64,000 nucleotides of DNA from the human T2T-CHM13v2.0 reference genome, Homo sapiens: NCBI RefSeq assembly GCF_009914755.1, contig NC_060925.1. The stretch is one strand, 5' to 3'. A model generated the notes under the pieces. The model did no database searches, was not told the DNA's origin, and saw only the letters and a list, made by a program, of their open reading frames with translations. This document shows positions 1 through 13,719 of the stretch, in pieces. Every line of letters starts with the position of its first letter. Within the stretch, counting starts at the first letter, position 1. A program made the translations under genes and the position numbers.

Positions 1-1140
1 GAAAGAGTGTAAAATAATGCTAACAAATATTTTAAAGTTATATGGGAAAAGATGGATTTAGTGAGTAAAGAAAATAAAAACTTTAGAAGAGATATGGAAA
101 CTTTAAATAAGAATGAGATCAAAATCCCAAAACTGAAAAACATTTGAAATCAAATATTTTATCAGATTATTTCTGCTTCCAGCCATGACTAAGGGAGGGG
201 TTTGTAGCTAACCCATCCTCTGTAAACAAGTGTTAAACTGGAAAAATTATATCGACCCATTAATTCACACACTGGACAGGAAAGATGTGGAGTTTTGAAA
301 CTTGAGAGAAGGAAAACACATGCAGCGAGCTTCACATTCATTTAAGCTTTCTGTTCTCAAGTATTTTTCAAATTATGGCATAAGGAAATGGAGTCTAAAC
401 AGTAACAATCCCGTTGTGTAGAGGGAAAGAGGATTACCGTTCAGAATTACTGAGGCAGATGCAATATTTAGAGACAAAGAGAGAAGGTAGCTACTCAGAG
501 AAACAGCTCCCCAAATTTGTTTAGAGGACGCCTTGAGTATTTCACTAACTAGTAAACTGGAAATACTCAGGGCAGTACTCTGCACCATTTTGCCAAGGAC
601 AGACATAAAGAGGTGGGAGATTAATGATGATTCTGGACACCGCACAATTTTAGGAGGTTGTGGAGGTCCAACCTCCGGAAAAGAAACAGCTTAATGAATC
701 GCTAGGCACTAAGTTGAGACCCTAGAAGGACGTGGTCTAAGGAATAGAGTTCGGTTTGCTTTAAATTGAGAATGACTTCATATCCCAATCAAAATGCCTA
801 ACATGAAGCAACTAAGACTCATCAAGTTCAAGCTCATTTGCCAGAAAATTATCTGCCTTCAAGACCAAAATTAAACAGTCTTTAAAGAACATCAACAAAA
901 TCCAGAAAATGAATAAGGTGGCATCTACAATATTTACCATAAATCAAAAAATTACTGGATATGCAATAAAGCAGAATATGACATACAACTAGGAGAAAAA
1001 CCAGTCAATTAAAATATACCCATATATGACAATGTTAGAATTAGAATACAATTACTTTAAAACAGTTATTAAAATATTTTCAAGGACATAAATGAAAATT
1101 TATCTGTGAACCGACAGAGAATATTTGCAGAAATTGTTAA
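1..1140 (+). mobile_element. Old L1M fragments (5' end/ORF1 region)
   Basis: A-rich ORF1-like tracts (gaagagatatggaaactttaaataagaatgag; atgttagaattag...actttaaaacagttattaaaata) and an L1M-type start 'ttctgcttccagccatga' near 171. Confidence 0.55.
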
Positions 1141-1467
1141 CTAGTGAAATGTAAATGGGGAAAACTTTTTTACTTGACCAGTGTCTCAAATACAAAGTTT
1201 ATGAAATAAATGTAGATTACTTTAATGACACTATAATTAATATGCATTCTTTTAAATGAACCACTCCCCAAATAAAACAAAACAAATCTAAATCAAAGAA
1301 GAGAGAACTCTGTCAGATGAAGATGTGTGTTCATCTTGGATATTGGTGTAACGTGTAAAGACCAGACTGGATATAGAGAACAGGGAACTCATACGCTATT
1401 GGTGGGAATGTAAATTAGTACCACCATTACAGAAAACAGTGTGAAAGTTCCCCAAAAAACTAAAGTA

Positions 1468-1795
<328 letters not shown>

Positions 1796-1805
1796 TCACT
1801 ACTGA

Positions 1806-1947
1806 GTTTTGTTTTGTTTTGTTTTTAATTAGAGTCAGAGTCTCCCTACATTGACCAGGCTGGACTCCTACTTCTGACCTCAAGCAATCTTCCCAGCTCA
1901 GTCTCCCACATAGCAAGGACTGCAGTTGCATGCCACTGAGCCCAGCT
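1806..1947 (-). mobile_element. FLAM (free left Alu monomer)
   Basis: (GTTTT)n tail then a single diverged left-arm monomer in reverse orientation. Confidence 0.85.
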
Positions 1948-2441
1948 ATTAGTGAGTATTCATCCAAAGGAAAGGAAAACAGTCTATCAAAAGAATACCT
2001 GCATTCATTCATATGTTTATTGCAGCACTATTCACAATAGTCAAGATATGGAATCAACCTAAGTGCCCGTTAACGGATGAATGGAAAAAGAAAATGTGGT
2101 ATATACACACAATGGAATACTCTTCAGCTTTAAAAAAGAATAAAATCTTGTCATTTGCAACAATATGGATCAAACTGGAGGTTATTATGTTAAATGAAAT
2201 ATACTGAGCACAGAAAGACAAATATTGCATATTGTCATTCATATGTGGGAGCTAAAAAAAGTTGATCTCATGGAGTCAGTAAGTAGAAGGATAGATACCA
2301 GAGTCTAGGAAGGGTGTGTATTGGTGGGAAGGGGATGGAAAGAGGCTGATGAATTGGTACAAACATACAATTAGATAAAAAGAATAAGTTCTGATGTTCA
2401 ATAGCAAAGTAGGGTGACTATAGTTAACAATAGATCATATG

Positions 2442-2762
<321 letters not shown>

Positions 2763-2940
2763 TGAGATTGTATATTTCAAAATAACTAGAAGAGAGCACT
2801 TGAAATGTCCCCAATACAAAGAAATGATAAATGACTGAGGCAATGGACGTCCTAAATACACTGATTTTATCATTACATATTGTACGCATATATCCACATA
2901 TCACATGTACCCCATAAATATGTACAATTATTATGTATCA

Positions 2941-3046
2941 AAGGAAGAAGGGAGGGAGGGTGGGAGGGAGGAAGGAAGGAAGGAAGGAAGGAAGGAAGGA
3001 AGGAAGGAAGGAAGGAAAGAAGGAAGGAAAGAAGGGAGGGAGGGAG
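2941..3046 (+). repeat. Polypurine (GGAA)n/(GGGA)n microsatellite with 12 uninterrupted GGAA units (2970-3017)
   Basis: Directly visible; lies where the L1MA poly(A) tail is expected. Confidence 0.97.
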
Positions 3047-3820
3047 ACTGGACTGGATGAGTAAATTCAAGAATTCACTGGAGGGAGAGAATAAGTTATA
3101 AATAAGTCAATGGAAAGAGGACAGCTCTAAGCAAACTTAGAAGACATAGTTTGGGAAAAATACAATGAAGTGTTGGTGAAGAGAGGTAAAGGGTAGTTTG
3201 TTTTATATAAACTAAGAAGACGAGTGGACATTTTCATTCTCTATATCTAGTTACTCTAAAGTTTTGTTTTCCTCTATTCTCACAAAGCCTACCATTTAGC
3301 AATATTCAAAGGCACCTGAAGAAAGGTTACACATGGATGCAATATTCTAACCAATCGAACCTGGCTACTCCATCAATCAAATGTTCTGTTTACTAATAAA
3401 TGCAACTGACAGTCACTGATATTCTTCCAGATTTCTTCCAGGCAACCTAGTCATGTAGGTAACAATAATATAAACAGTGTGCTTTTCTCCCCATCATATA
3501 TTCTCATTTTTGAATAATTTTCTATCCTCCTTATGACTCAATAAATAGCACCATGCTACTCTTGTCCTAGCTAAGTGTCATTGCTACCCTCAGAGTATTC
3601 TTCACATCATTACTCCCAATGCAGGAACATAGATTAAAACAAGAAGGAGGAGGAGAAAAGAAAGGAAAAAGAAAAGGGGCAAGTCAATAGGACTCGCTGT
3701 TACTATCATGCACTCTATTTGCTGGAAGGAAAGATTTTACATCACAAAATGCTCACTAAACAAGCTGGTAGATACTAAATTATGAGGCTAAGAGCTAGCT
3801 TAAAAGATATAATATGATCC

Positions 3821-4120
3821 GGCAGGGCACGGTGGCTCACACCTGTAATCCCAGCACTTTGGGAGGCCGAGGTGGGCGGATCACGAGGTCAGGAGATCCG
3901 CCCCATCTTGACTAACACGGTGAAACCCCGTCTCTACTAAAAATACCAAAAACTAGCCCTGCGTGGCGGCGGGCGCCTGTAGTTCCAGCTTCTCGGGAGG
4001 CTGAGGCAGGAGAATGCGTGAACCCAAGAGGCGGAGCTTGCAGTGAGCCGAGATCACGCCACTGCACTCCAGCCTGGGCAATAGAGCGAGACTCTGTCTC
4101 AAAAAATAGTAATAATAATA
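3821..4120 (+). mobile_element. AluY
   Basis: AluY diagnostics 'gaatgcgtgaaccc' and 'gcggagcttgcag'; exact 14-bp TSD atataatatgatcc (3807-3820 and 4121-4134). Confidence 0.97.
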
Positions 4121-4809
4121 ATATAATATGATCCATGATAAAGGAGACTGTTCCTCCCTTGCTAGAATACTGAGCCAACAAATCAGGATGTGAAGATAGA
4201 GTTAGTGTCTCTGATAACATACATCTGACTTTTAAAATACGTATTTCTTATCCCTGTGATTTTAAGCTGTGTTGTATTCACAAATAAGTTCTCAGAAGCA
4301 AGAGACTTCAACCAAGGAATATAATGTTTTCAAAAGATTAAAATCTGATCTTGCCACCTTGCTCTAGAAAAGGTACTATGGCATTGATTGGACTGTTTGA
4401 CACTATCAAGTGGAAACTATTGAAACTATGGTTGCAACGATATCAGAAGTAGTACAGATGTATTGAAACATTTGAACTGTTTGCACAGATTTTAGTGACT
4501 CATTCTTTTCTGATAATTCCCATAGCCTGCACTCTCCCACTTCCAAGCATACAGTGGGAGCACCATATATTGTTCAATATAACCACCCCTATGACCACAG
4601 TTACATGACCAAATATAGGGACAAGTTCAACACTGAGTCCATCAAGTCCTTCACAAGGTCAAAACTACTTAGTAAGTACAGGATTTGATGCAACTATCTG
4701 CCATAAAGATGGATGAAATGCTGAAAGTGATAATAAATAAAATACATTGCTGGGCTCAGAAATAAGCTCACCAGCTTCCTGCAACAGCAACAAAATTGAA
4801 ATTTTGAAG

Positions 4810-5590
4810 AAGGAACAGGAGGATTTTGCCCATCAAATATCAAGATTTATTATCAAGCAATATTAATTCAGGTAATGTAGTATGGGCACAGGGAAAAAGG
4901 AACCAAGGAAACAGAGCAACTAGACTCAGAAACAGACCCACCCATATGTGAAGACTTGTCATGTAATATGAGTAGCTCTGCTCTATAGAACAATAATAAA
5001 ATGATGAGCTCTTTGATAATTGGTTCTGAGCAACTGGATCTTCTTATTACAAAATAAATTGGCTCTGACAAAAACAAATGGAAACTCAACTTAGAATAAA
5101 GATATAAATGAGAGCAACATTTTAATATCTTTTAGTAGAGACTGTCAGGTAACATGTCTCTGGCCTTGGGTAGGGGAGAATTTATAAAGGTACAAAACAT
5201 ATAAAACATGAAAGTAAAGTTTAAGAAATCTGACTACATTTCCTGTAAAAAATCTGTTCATAGAAAGCATAAAGACAATTAAAAGAAAAGACATGGACAA
5301 AGAAATAATTTTTAAAACAAGACCAAACGACCAAGGGAGTATAATCAAGAATTTAAGTGAACAAACATAAGTAAATTAATAAATGCAACCTTATTGACAA
5401 TAAGGAAAATAAAACAGCTCAATAAAACAGTCAATTAACATTAAAAGAATCTAAGTGACTAACATTATGTGAAAAGATGCTCAAATTTTCTAATATCCAG
5501 AGAAATAAAAATTAATGATTCCATTCTACACTAATAAAATGTATAAGAATTCAAAAGTTTAATATCAAAAACCATCGAGGATATAGATAG
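4810..5590 (+). mobile_element. Old L1ME ORF2 3' fragment
   Basis: Decayed 'catcaaatatcaagatttattat', 'gaaacagacccac' and 'gtgaaaagatgctcaa' L1 motifs. Confidence 0.7.
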
Positions 5591-5599
5591 TAACTTCTA

Positions 5600-7140
5600 A
5601 TGTGGCACCCTCAAGCCATGTTGAAGATGTAGCTGTCCTACAGTCTGCGGAGCAGATAAAAGGCATAAAAATCTTGAGACAAACTGCGCAACAGAAAGCT
5701 CCAGTGATAGATACTAACTCAATTTATAGGATCTTTGGAATATCAAATGTTTCTATGCATTAGATTTCATTTTAAAGTACTGCTCTGCATTTGTAGTTAA
5801 AACTCTCTGTCAGATACAGAAAAGTTCCTTAAAAATGCTCCAAAGAAGGATTTTCTACAAGCTTTTCGCTTACACAAAAGGGAACAGTACTGGATGTTCT
5901 TGAAATCCAGCTTGCTGCAGACCATAAAGGCAAAAAAGAAGGAAGCAAGTTTTCCCAAACTACACTCAGTGATAGTCTCAGAATGGAAGCTATTTTTTTT
6001 TTATTATACTTTAAGTTCTGGGATACATGTGCAGAACGTGCAGTTTTGTTACATAGGTATACACGTGCCGTGTTGGTTTGCCACACCCATCAACCTTACA
6101 TTAGGTATTTCTCCTAATGCTTACATTAGGTATTTCTAAGCAGTAAGCAGTCACTTACATTAGGTATTTCTCCTAATGCTGTCCCTCCCCTAGCCCCCCA
6201 ACCCCAAACAGGCCCCAGTGTGTGATGTTCCCCTCTCTGTGTCCATGTGTTCTCATTGTTCAGCTCCCACTTATAAGTGAGAACATGTGGTGCTTGGTTT
6301 TCTGTTCCTGTGTTAGTTTGCTGAGAATGATGGCTTCCAGCTTCATCCATGTCCCTGCAAAGGACATGAACTCATCCTTTTTTATGGCTGCATAGTATTC
6401 CACAGTGTATATGTGCCACATTTTCTTTATCCAGTCTATCACTGATGGACATTTGGGTTGGTTCCAAGTCTTTGCTATTGTGAATAGTGCTGCAATAAAC
6501 ATACGTGTGCATGTGCCTTTATAGTAGAATGATATATAATCATTTGGGTATATACCCAGTAATGGGATTACTGGGTCAAACGGTATTTCTAGTTCTAGAT
6601 GCTTGAGGAATCGCCACACTGCCTTCCACAATGGTTGAACTAATTTACACCCCCACCAACAGTGTAAAAGTGTTCCTATTTCTCCACAGGCTACTCTGGG
6701 AATGTCTCTGCTATTCTATGTGAGACTGGACTGCATGTTGCCCAATTTTTGAAAGCACATTATGCAAGGATTTTTCTCTATGATATGAAACTTATTGTTC
6801 CAACCATTCAAGATCTTGATATCAGCAGGGCTTGGATCTTCCTTTTTTTTGCAAAATATTATCTGTTTTATTGTACAATCTTCCTTCTTCTGCCCTTAGT
6901 GGTAGATATTCCAAAAAGGATTGTATGTTAGCTTTCTTGTAAATCCTATTTATTTCATGGGTCCAACTCTCATTTTCTGTGGGCAACCACAGAATCAATG
7001 ATTTTATGCATAATCCCACTTCTCACCCTCAAACCCACATTCACAATTGTTGGACGTCTCCATTTGTTCAATAACATTTGTGTGGTAATGGCAATGATTT
7101 CTGCACTGACAGCTGCATAGCCTCTGACCTGTTGGTGACT
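5600..7140 (-). pseudogene. Probable fossil non-L1 LINE (RTE/CR1/L2-type) reverse-transcriptase remnant, split by an L1PA insertion
   Basis: Minus-strand translation across frameshifts and stops gives LSLSVVWENLL...QQAGFQ..SSTVPFCVSEKLVE...FLYLTESFNYKCRAVL, in the order of the non-LTR RT motifs ISLLSVxGK / QAGFR..ST / FxDLxKAFDxV. Confidence 0.5.
5992..6688 (-). mobile_element. L1PA7/8-type 5'-truncated 3' end
   Basis: poly(T)+'attatactttaagttctgggatacatgtgcagaacgtgcag'; ORF 6260-6631 encodes the ORF2 C-terminus (KTWNQPKCPS); C-rich 3'UTR tract at 6183-6215. Confidence 0.95.
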
Positions 7141-7147
7141 ATAGAAC

Positions 7148-7262
7148 TGTTAAAATGTGGCTAGTGCACCTGCAGAAGTTTATTTTATTTCAATTTAACT
7201 AATTTAAACTAAAGTTTAAATGGTTCTATGTGGCAAGTGGCTGCTGTATTGGACAGCACAAG
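7148..7262. mobile_element. MER3 (hAT-Charlie MITE), partial
   Basis: 'aaatgtggctagtgc...tatgtggcaagtggctgctgtattggacagcac' matches the MER3 terminal half. Confidence 0.8.
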
Positions 7263-8096
7263 TGCACCTGAAACACAAATGATTTTTTAAACCTCTTCCT
7301 AGAATTACCCCAGAGTGTTTCAAATACCAACGATTAATTTCTCCAAGTCTTTGAAACTTCGTTGTCCTCAAGCCTTAATAGTCATTTTTGTAGCTTGGTA
7401 AATTATCTCAGGGAAATTCTCACTCAACGTCTTTATTTTCAAATTCTATAAACTAAGAATGATCTGATATGTTCTTTGAAAATCAACACTTACTATTTTG
7501 TCTTTTAAGAAATCAAAGTACATATTTTAACATTTTAGTATTTACTGTGTCCACATTTATACTATTTTATCTCAAGATATTAGATTATGTTGCATCCATT
7601 CTTTACTAGTATCTTAGCTTAAATGCAAACTCTTGGAGGCCAGCTCTCAAACCAAAATTCTAATAAACATTTCTAAAGGTAAAATGAGCCCATAATTTCA
7701 TGATATGAGCCTAATTTTCTCTGGAGGTAGATGATAGAGTAGAAAATTACAAAAATCAATTAGCTATTGTTTGTGAATGGATAATTAGAGACGGGTTGTT
7801 TCAAAGTTCATACAAAATAAATTCAAAGGAAAAAGTGTTGCACCATTTTAAAACAAAATGTCAGGATGAAAATTTGAGTTTCAGGAAATTGGATCATAAC
7901 TGAATGATGATTATTCATGGCTATATATCAAATAATATTTTTACTGTTCATTTGCATAATGAATGATTTATCTTCAATTTCTGATTTTAAATAGGAATGT
8001 CTTGCAGTGTAACAACATACAGAACATTAAAAACATTAATATTCTTACTAATATTGCCACAAATAATGTTAACATTCTTACTTTACAGTGAGAATA

Positions 8097-8426
8097 CAGA
8101 TGATTCCCCATTAAATGGTTTGGCTTACAAGTTTTCAACTTCACAATGGTGTGAAAGTAGTCTGCTTCCAGTAGAAACTGTACTTTGAGTGCCCATACAG
8201 CCACTGTTTTTTTACTTTCAGCACAGTATTCAATAAATTGCATAGATACACTACATTTTATTATAAAACAGGCTTTGTTTTAGATGTTTTTGCCTAACTA
8301 CGCTAATGGAAGTGGTCTGAACACATTTCAGGTAGGCTAGGCTATGCTACAATTTTCAGTAGGTTAGGTGTATTAAATGCGCTTTTGATATTTTCAACTT
8401 ATAGTGGGTTTATTGGGCAGCATCTG
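8097..8426 (-). mobile_element. MER47A (Tc1/mariner-Tigger MITE)
   Basis: Terminal cagatg...catctg inverted ends flanked by TA; internal 'ggtaggctaggctatgcta...gtaggttaggtgtattaaatgc'. Confidence 0.9.
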
Positions 8427-9100
8427 TATAAGAACGATGATCCCAAGATTGCCTCTATATCATCAATTGAATCAAAGTTAGAAATAAGAATTTTGTCATA
8501 TCAATATGATTATATAGTCATATAGTTATACACACACAAAATAAATAGCTGATTAGGGACATATTCACTTATCTGCCTTTTTCTGATATTTATTTTCAGA
8601 CATGCTTTAAATTCCGTCCTGCTTCCTTTATGGCACAGTGCCCTGCCTTCAAATTAATATACGGAAAAAAAAACACATAATGAAAAAATACAGTCCAATA
8701 GCACTAGATAGTTTTAATAAACTCTAAACTCAGATGCAAATCCCCGCATTCCAAATACCCTCACCTCTCCCCAAAAATATAAAAATGAACCTGCAAATAA
8801 AAATGTTAAGTTCTCAACACACATTTTCTGTTTCTTCCGATTAAGGTACTTCAAAATTAAATCGGTTATCTAAAAAATTAGTAAAGTCCTCTCAATAGAG
8901 AATTTAAATTTGAATCTAGGCTATTGCAAAACAAGATATTGAAATGAGAACTAAGCAAGCGTCAGAGAAATAAATTAATTGTTGCTTCCTACCTCCTGTA
9001 AAATATCAAAATTTTATGAGTTTCTCTAATGTAATCATTTGACAAGCATGAAGGTTTGTAAGTGAATAATGAGAACATAATAGCATACTTTTATTTCTCA

Positions 9101-9449
<349 letters not shown>

Positions 9450-9792
9450 GAAAGACAAAGAGAAAAACAAGCATAAATATTTAAAAACTAATACACGGAG
9501 CAGTAAAAATATAATAACAAAATATATATAACAATGAAATATTAATTAAAACTAATATGTACATTATTATTTTCCCTAGAAAAATTTTATGCTATTTACT
9601 TTGCACATTATTTGAAAGTTAACAAGAATGACTTTTTAAAAATTAGTTGTACCTGGTACTTTTTTGCTGGAATTCATTAACAGCTGTTGAGATATATTTA
9701 TTAGACTATCTACATATTCTACTTCTAATTGATTTCTTTTTAGTAAATTGCCTTTGCCTGGAAAAAAAATGTCATTATTTCATAAGGATTAA

Positions 9793-10150
<358 letters not shown>

Positions 10151-11052
10151 TCTTATAAATCTTAATCATGTGCATATGTGCATGCACGTCTCTCTGCATT
10201 TTTAATATAACTTGACAGAATTTTTGTTACATTGGTCTTTTTATAAATTGTATAGTTTCGATCTCTACACTGTTTATTTTCTAATTATTTCATAATTAGA
10301 CTTGTATGGAATATATTTGTGGTAATACACAGATTTATCTGGTACAACGCCTCCTTACAATGGGTGACAGTTACCTACTTTCAAAATGCAGTTACTGTTG
10401 AACCTGTCAATCAGCATACTTCTGTTTCCTCTCTCCCACTTTTCATGCTCTTTTGGCATTCATATTACTTTTAAATATGTTACATTCCCCAGAATTCATT
10501 GCAATTTTATTACTCAAGATCATTTCACTTGCAAATATTATAAGCCCAATTCAAACTTAGTTGAGAATAATCTAAAAGGAGGAGCAATATATAAACCTCC
10601 GTAGTGAAATTGTTGCCTGGCCGTAGGTGGAATGAGCTGGAAGCAGAAACTCAAATACCGTCAAAACGCTCTCTCTACGATTTTCCTCTCTTTTGCCTAA
10701 ATTTTTCCATGTGGCTGGACTTACGACCAAAAAAAATGGGGATTTAGATCCTTACAGCCTCCAGAACTGAGAGAGAGTTTTCTGGTTCTGTTTCTGATAG
10801 CAAAATATTATAAGGTAATACAGAATGGCTAAGATAAAGATACACATCCATTCTTACAGCAATAATTTCAGCCAGATGGCTACTAGCCTGCTACTAACAG
10901 TCGTCATGGGCCTATAGATATAAGAAAGAAAAATTTAAAAATGTATTTTTTCACAGACAAGATAATCTTGTCTGTAGACAATTCTAAGGAATCTACAAAA
11001 ATGCTATTAAAAGTAACAAGTTTTGCAAATTTGCAGAATGCAAAGTCAATAT

Positions 11053-11558
11053 CGTGACAGTTAATTTTAAGGGTCAACTTGACTGGGTTAAGGGACGCCA
11101 AGGCAGCTGGTAAAGCATGATTTCTGGGTGTGTCTGTGAGGGTGTTACTGGGAGAGGTTATCATTTGAATCAGTAGACTGGGTAAAGAAGACTCCCCCTT
11201 ACCAATGTGAATAGGCATCTTTCAATCCCTTGAGGGCCTGAATAGAACAAAAGGCAGAGGAAGGGTGAATTTTCTCTTTCTTCTTTAGCTGGGACATCCA
11301 AGTTCTCCTGACTTCTAACATCAGCGTTCTGGATTCTCTGACCTTCATTTTTGAACATCCCTTAGTGGCTTCTCCATGCCCAGGCCCTGGAGAAGCTGGA
11401 GGTGGGGTACCCACCAGCTTTCCTGGTTATATAGATTGCAGATAGCAGATGGTGAAGCTTCTTTGACTTTCATAATCATGTTAGCCAATTCCTATAATAA
11501 ATCTCATCATAATACATGTTCTATTGGTTCTGTTTCTCTGAAGACATTAACAAATATA
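11053..11558 (+). mobile_element. MLT2B-type solo LTR (ERVL)
   Basis: 'gttaattttaagggtcaacttgactgggttaaggga...ctattggttctgtttctctg'. Confidence 0.9.
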
Positions 11559-11938
11559 ATACACAAAAAATCAATTGGATTTCTATAGACTAGATAAACT
11601 TATAACATTTAAATTCAAATTTAAAACACAGCATCAAGAAGTATAAAATGATTTTACTTGTCAAAGTATATGCAAGATCCATTCACAGAAAACTGAAAAT
11701 ATTGCAGAGAAAGATTAAAGTAGAATTATTTGTGGGGAAGTATACTCCATTCATGCATTTGGAAAGTCAACATTATTAAGATGTGGATTATTGTCCAAAC
11801 TGAACTATAGATTCAATGCAATAACAATCAAATTCCCAGATTGCTTTGGGTAGAAATAAACAAACTCATTTTAAAATTAATGTAAAAATGCAAGAGACCT
11901 AAAATAGAGAAAAACAAATCTGAAAAAGTAAAAAATTG

Positions 11939-12238
11939 GGCCAGGCACGGTGGCTCATGCCTGTAATCCCAGCACTTTGGGAGGCCGAGGCAGGCGGATC
12001 ACCTGAGGTCAGGAGTTCAAGACCAGCCTGGCCAACAGGGTAAAACCCCATCTCTACAAAAATACAAAAATTAGCCGGGCATGATGGTGGGTGCCTGTAA
12101 TTGCAGCTACTCGGGAGGCCGAGGTGGGAGAATTGCTTGAACCAGGGAGCGGAGGTTGCAGTGAGCCGAGATCATGACATTGTATTGCAGCTTGGGCAAC
12201 AGAGCGAGACTCCATCTCAAAAAAAAAAAAAAAAAAAA
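11939..12238 (+). mobile_element. AluSx/Sq-type
   Basis: 'ggatcacctgaggtcaggagttc'; A tail; TSD gaaaaagtaaaaaat on both sides. Confidence 0.97.
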
Positions 12239-13719
12239 GAAAAAGTAAAAAATGTAGATCATCACCAGTTGACTTTGATACTTACATTAAAGTTATCATA
12301 ATCAAGCAAGTAAGTTACATGAGCTTTAATGTAAGTATTAAAATCATAAAAATAAATAGATAAGTGGTACAGAATATGAGAATTCAGAAATAGAGCCATT
12401 CAAGCATTCTAGTATTTGACAGAGGTTTCAGGAAATTAAATGGAGACAGGATAATGTTTTCAAGAAATTGTGTTGTAACTATTGGATATACATATACCAC
12501 ATACATATACCACACAAAAAATAATATTTTTTGGCTCCTGCCTTTAACCATATATAAAAATTACCATGAATAGACCTAAATGTAGTTGATGAAACTATAA
12601 ACTTCTCAAAGAAAAACATAAAAGGAAATCTTAGTGACTTTGGAATTTGGCAAGATTTATTAAATAAGGCTTAAACATCACACACTACAAAAGGAATATA
12701 ATCAGTAAAACGCCTTTCTCAAAATAAAAAAGTTATATTTAGAGTACAGTAATAAGAAAAGGCAATGCACAAAATGGGAGAAAATATGTAAAAATATAAA
12801 TCTGACAAAGGGCCTTTCTCTAGAATATATGAAGAACATCTTATATAACTCAAGAATAGAAAGATTAACCAATATTAAAAATTAATAAAATAACTCAGAA
12901 AAATGAGACATACAGTGGCAAATAAGTACATAAAAATATCCTTAACAAAATTAATTACAGGGAAATTAAAATTTAAATTATAATGAGATACCACTGCACA
13001 CCCACTAGAAAAACAACCTTTAAAAAGTCAACAATACCAAATATTGTCAAGGATGTGGACCAACAGTTATGGGAATGTAGAATATTATAGTCACTTTGGA
13101 AAAAAAACTTCAATACTTTGTGAGAAAATAAAGTTATACAAATACTATACAAGACAGTCATTCTACAACTAGATATTTATGTGGGAAAATGAAAACATGT
13201 CCACAAAAAGATTTTTACATGAATGTTCATAGAAGGTTCATTCATAATAGCCAAATATTGGAAATTATACAGATGTCCATCAATAGATAACAGTTTAAAA
13301 GAATTGTTGTCTATCCATATAATGGAATATATCACCAATAAAAAATAACAATACTGTAATTCAAAACAACATAGATTAATTTTAACAGCATTATGATACA
13401 TGTTAAAAATCAGACCCCAAAACTCCCTACTGTAGGATTCCAGTTTATATGATATTCTAGAAAACACATAACTATACTGATAGAAAGAAAATAAACGATT
13501 GTCAAGGGCCAGGAGTTGTAGAAAACTTTTGAGTTAATGGAAATGTTTTCTTTCATAAGTTTCGTGGTGCTTACATGATTATCCACATTTATCAGAATGT
13601 ATTAAATTATGCAAGTAAAGTTGGTAAATTTTATTGTACATAAGTAATAGCTCAATAAAGCTACACTTCCAAAGTGGTATAGAAGTGGAACCGAGGATTA
13701 TTTTAAAAATGTAATGCAC

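Larger units (their letters stand above)
10925..13643 (+). mobile_element. L1ME1/L1MD-type ORF2 3' half and 3'UTR, interrupted by MLT2B and an Alu
   Basis: Continuous decayed ORF2 motifs (ctaaggaatctacaaaa; tatagattcaatgcaat; aatgagataccactgcacacccactagaa) ending 'gctcaataaagct'. Confidence 0.85.

Noticed and set aside
2873-3101. ORFs with PSFL/GRKE repeats
   Set aside because: Translation of the GGAA microsatellite
4765-4796. Minus-strand 7-nt microexon (ttgttgctgttgcag|GAAGCTG|gtgagc)
   Set aside because: Not frame-preserving, no supporting neighbouring exons; plausible by chance
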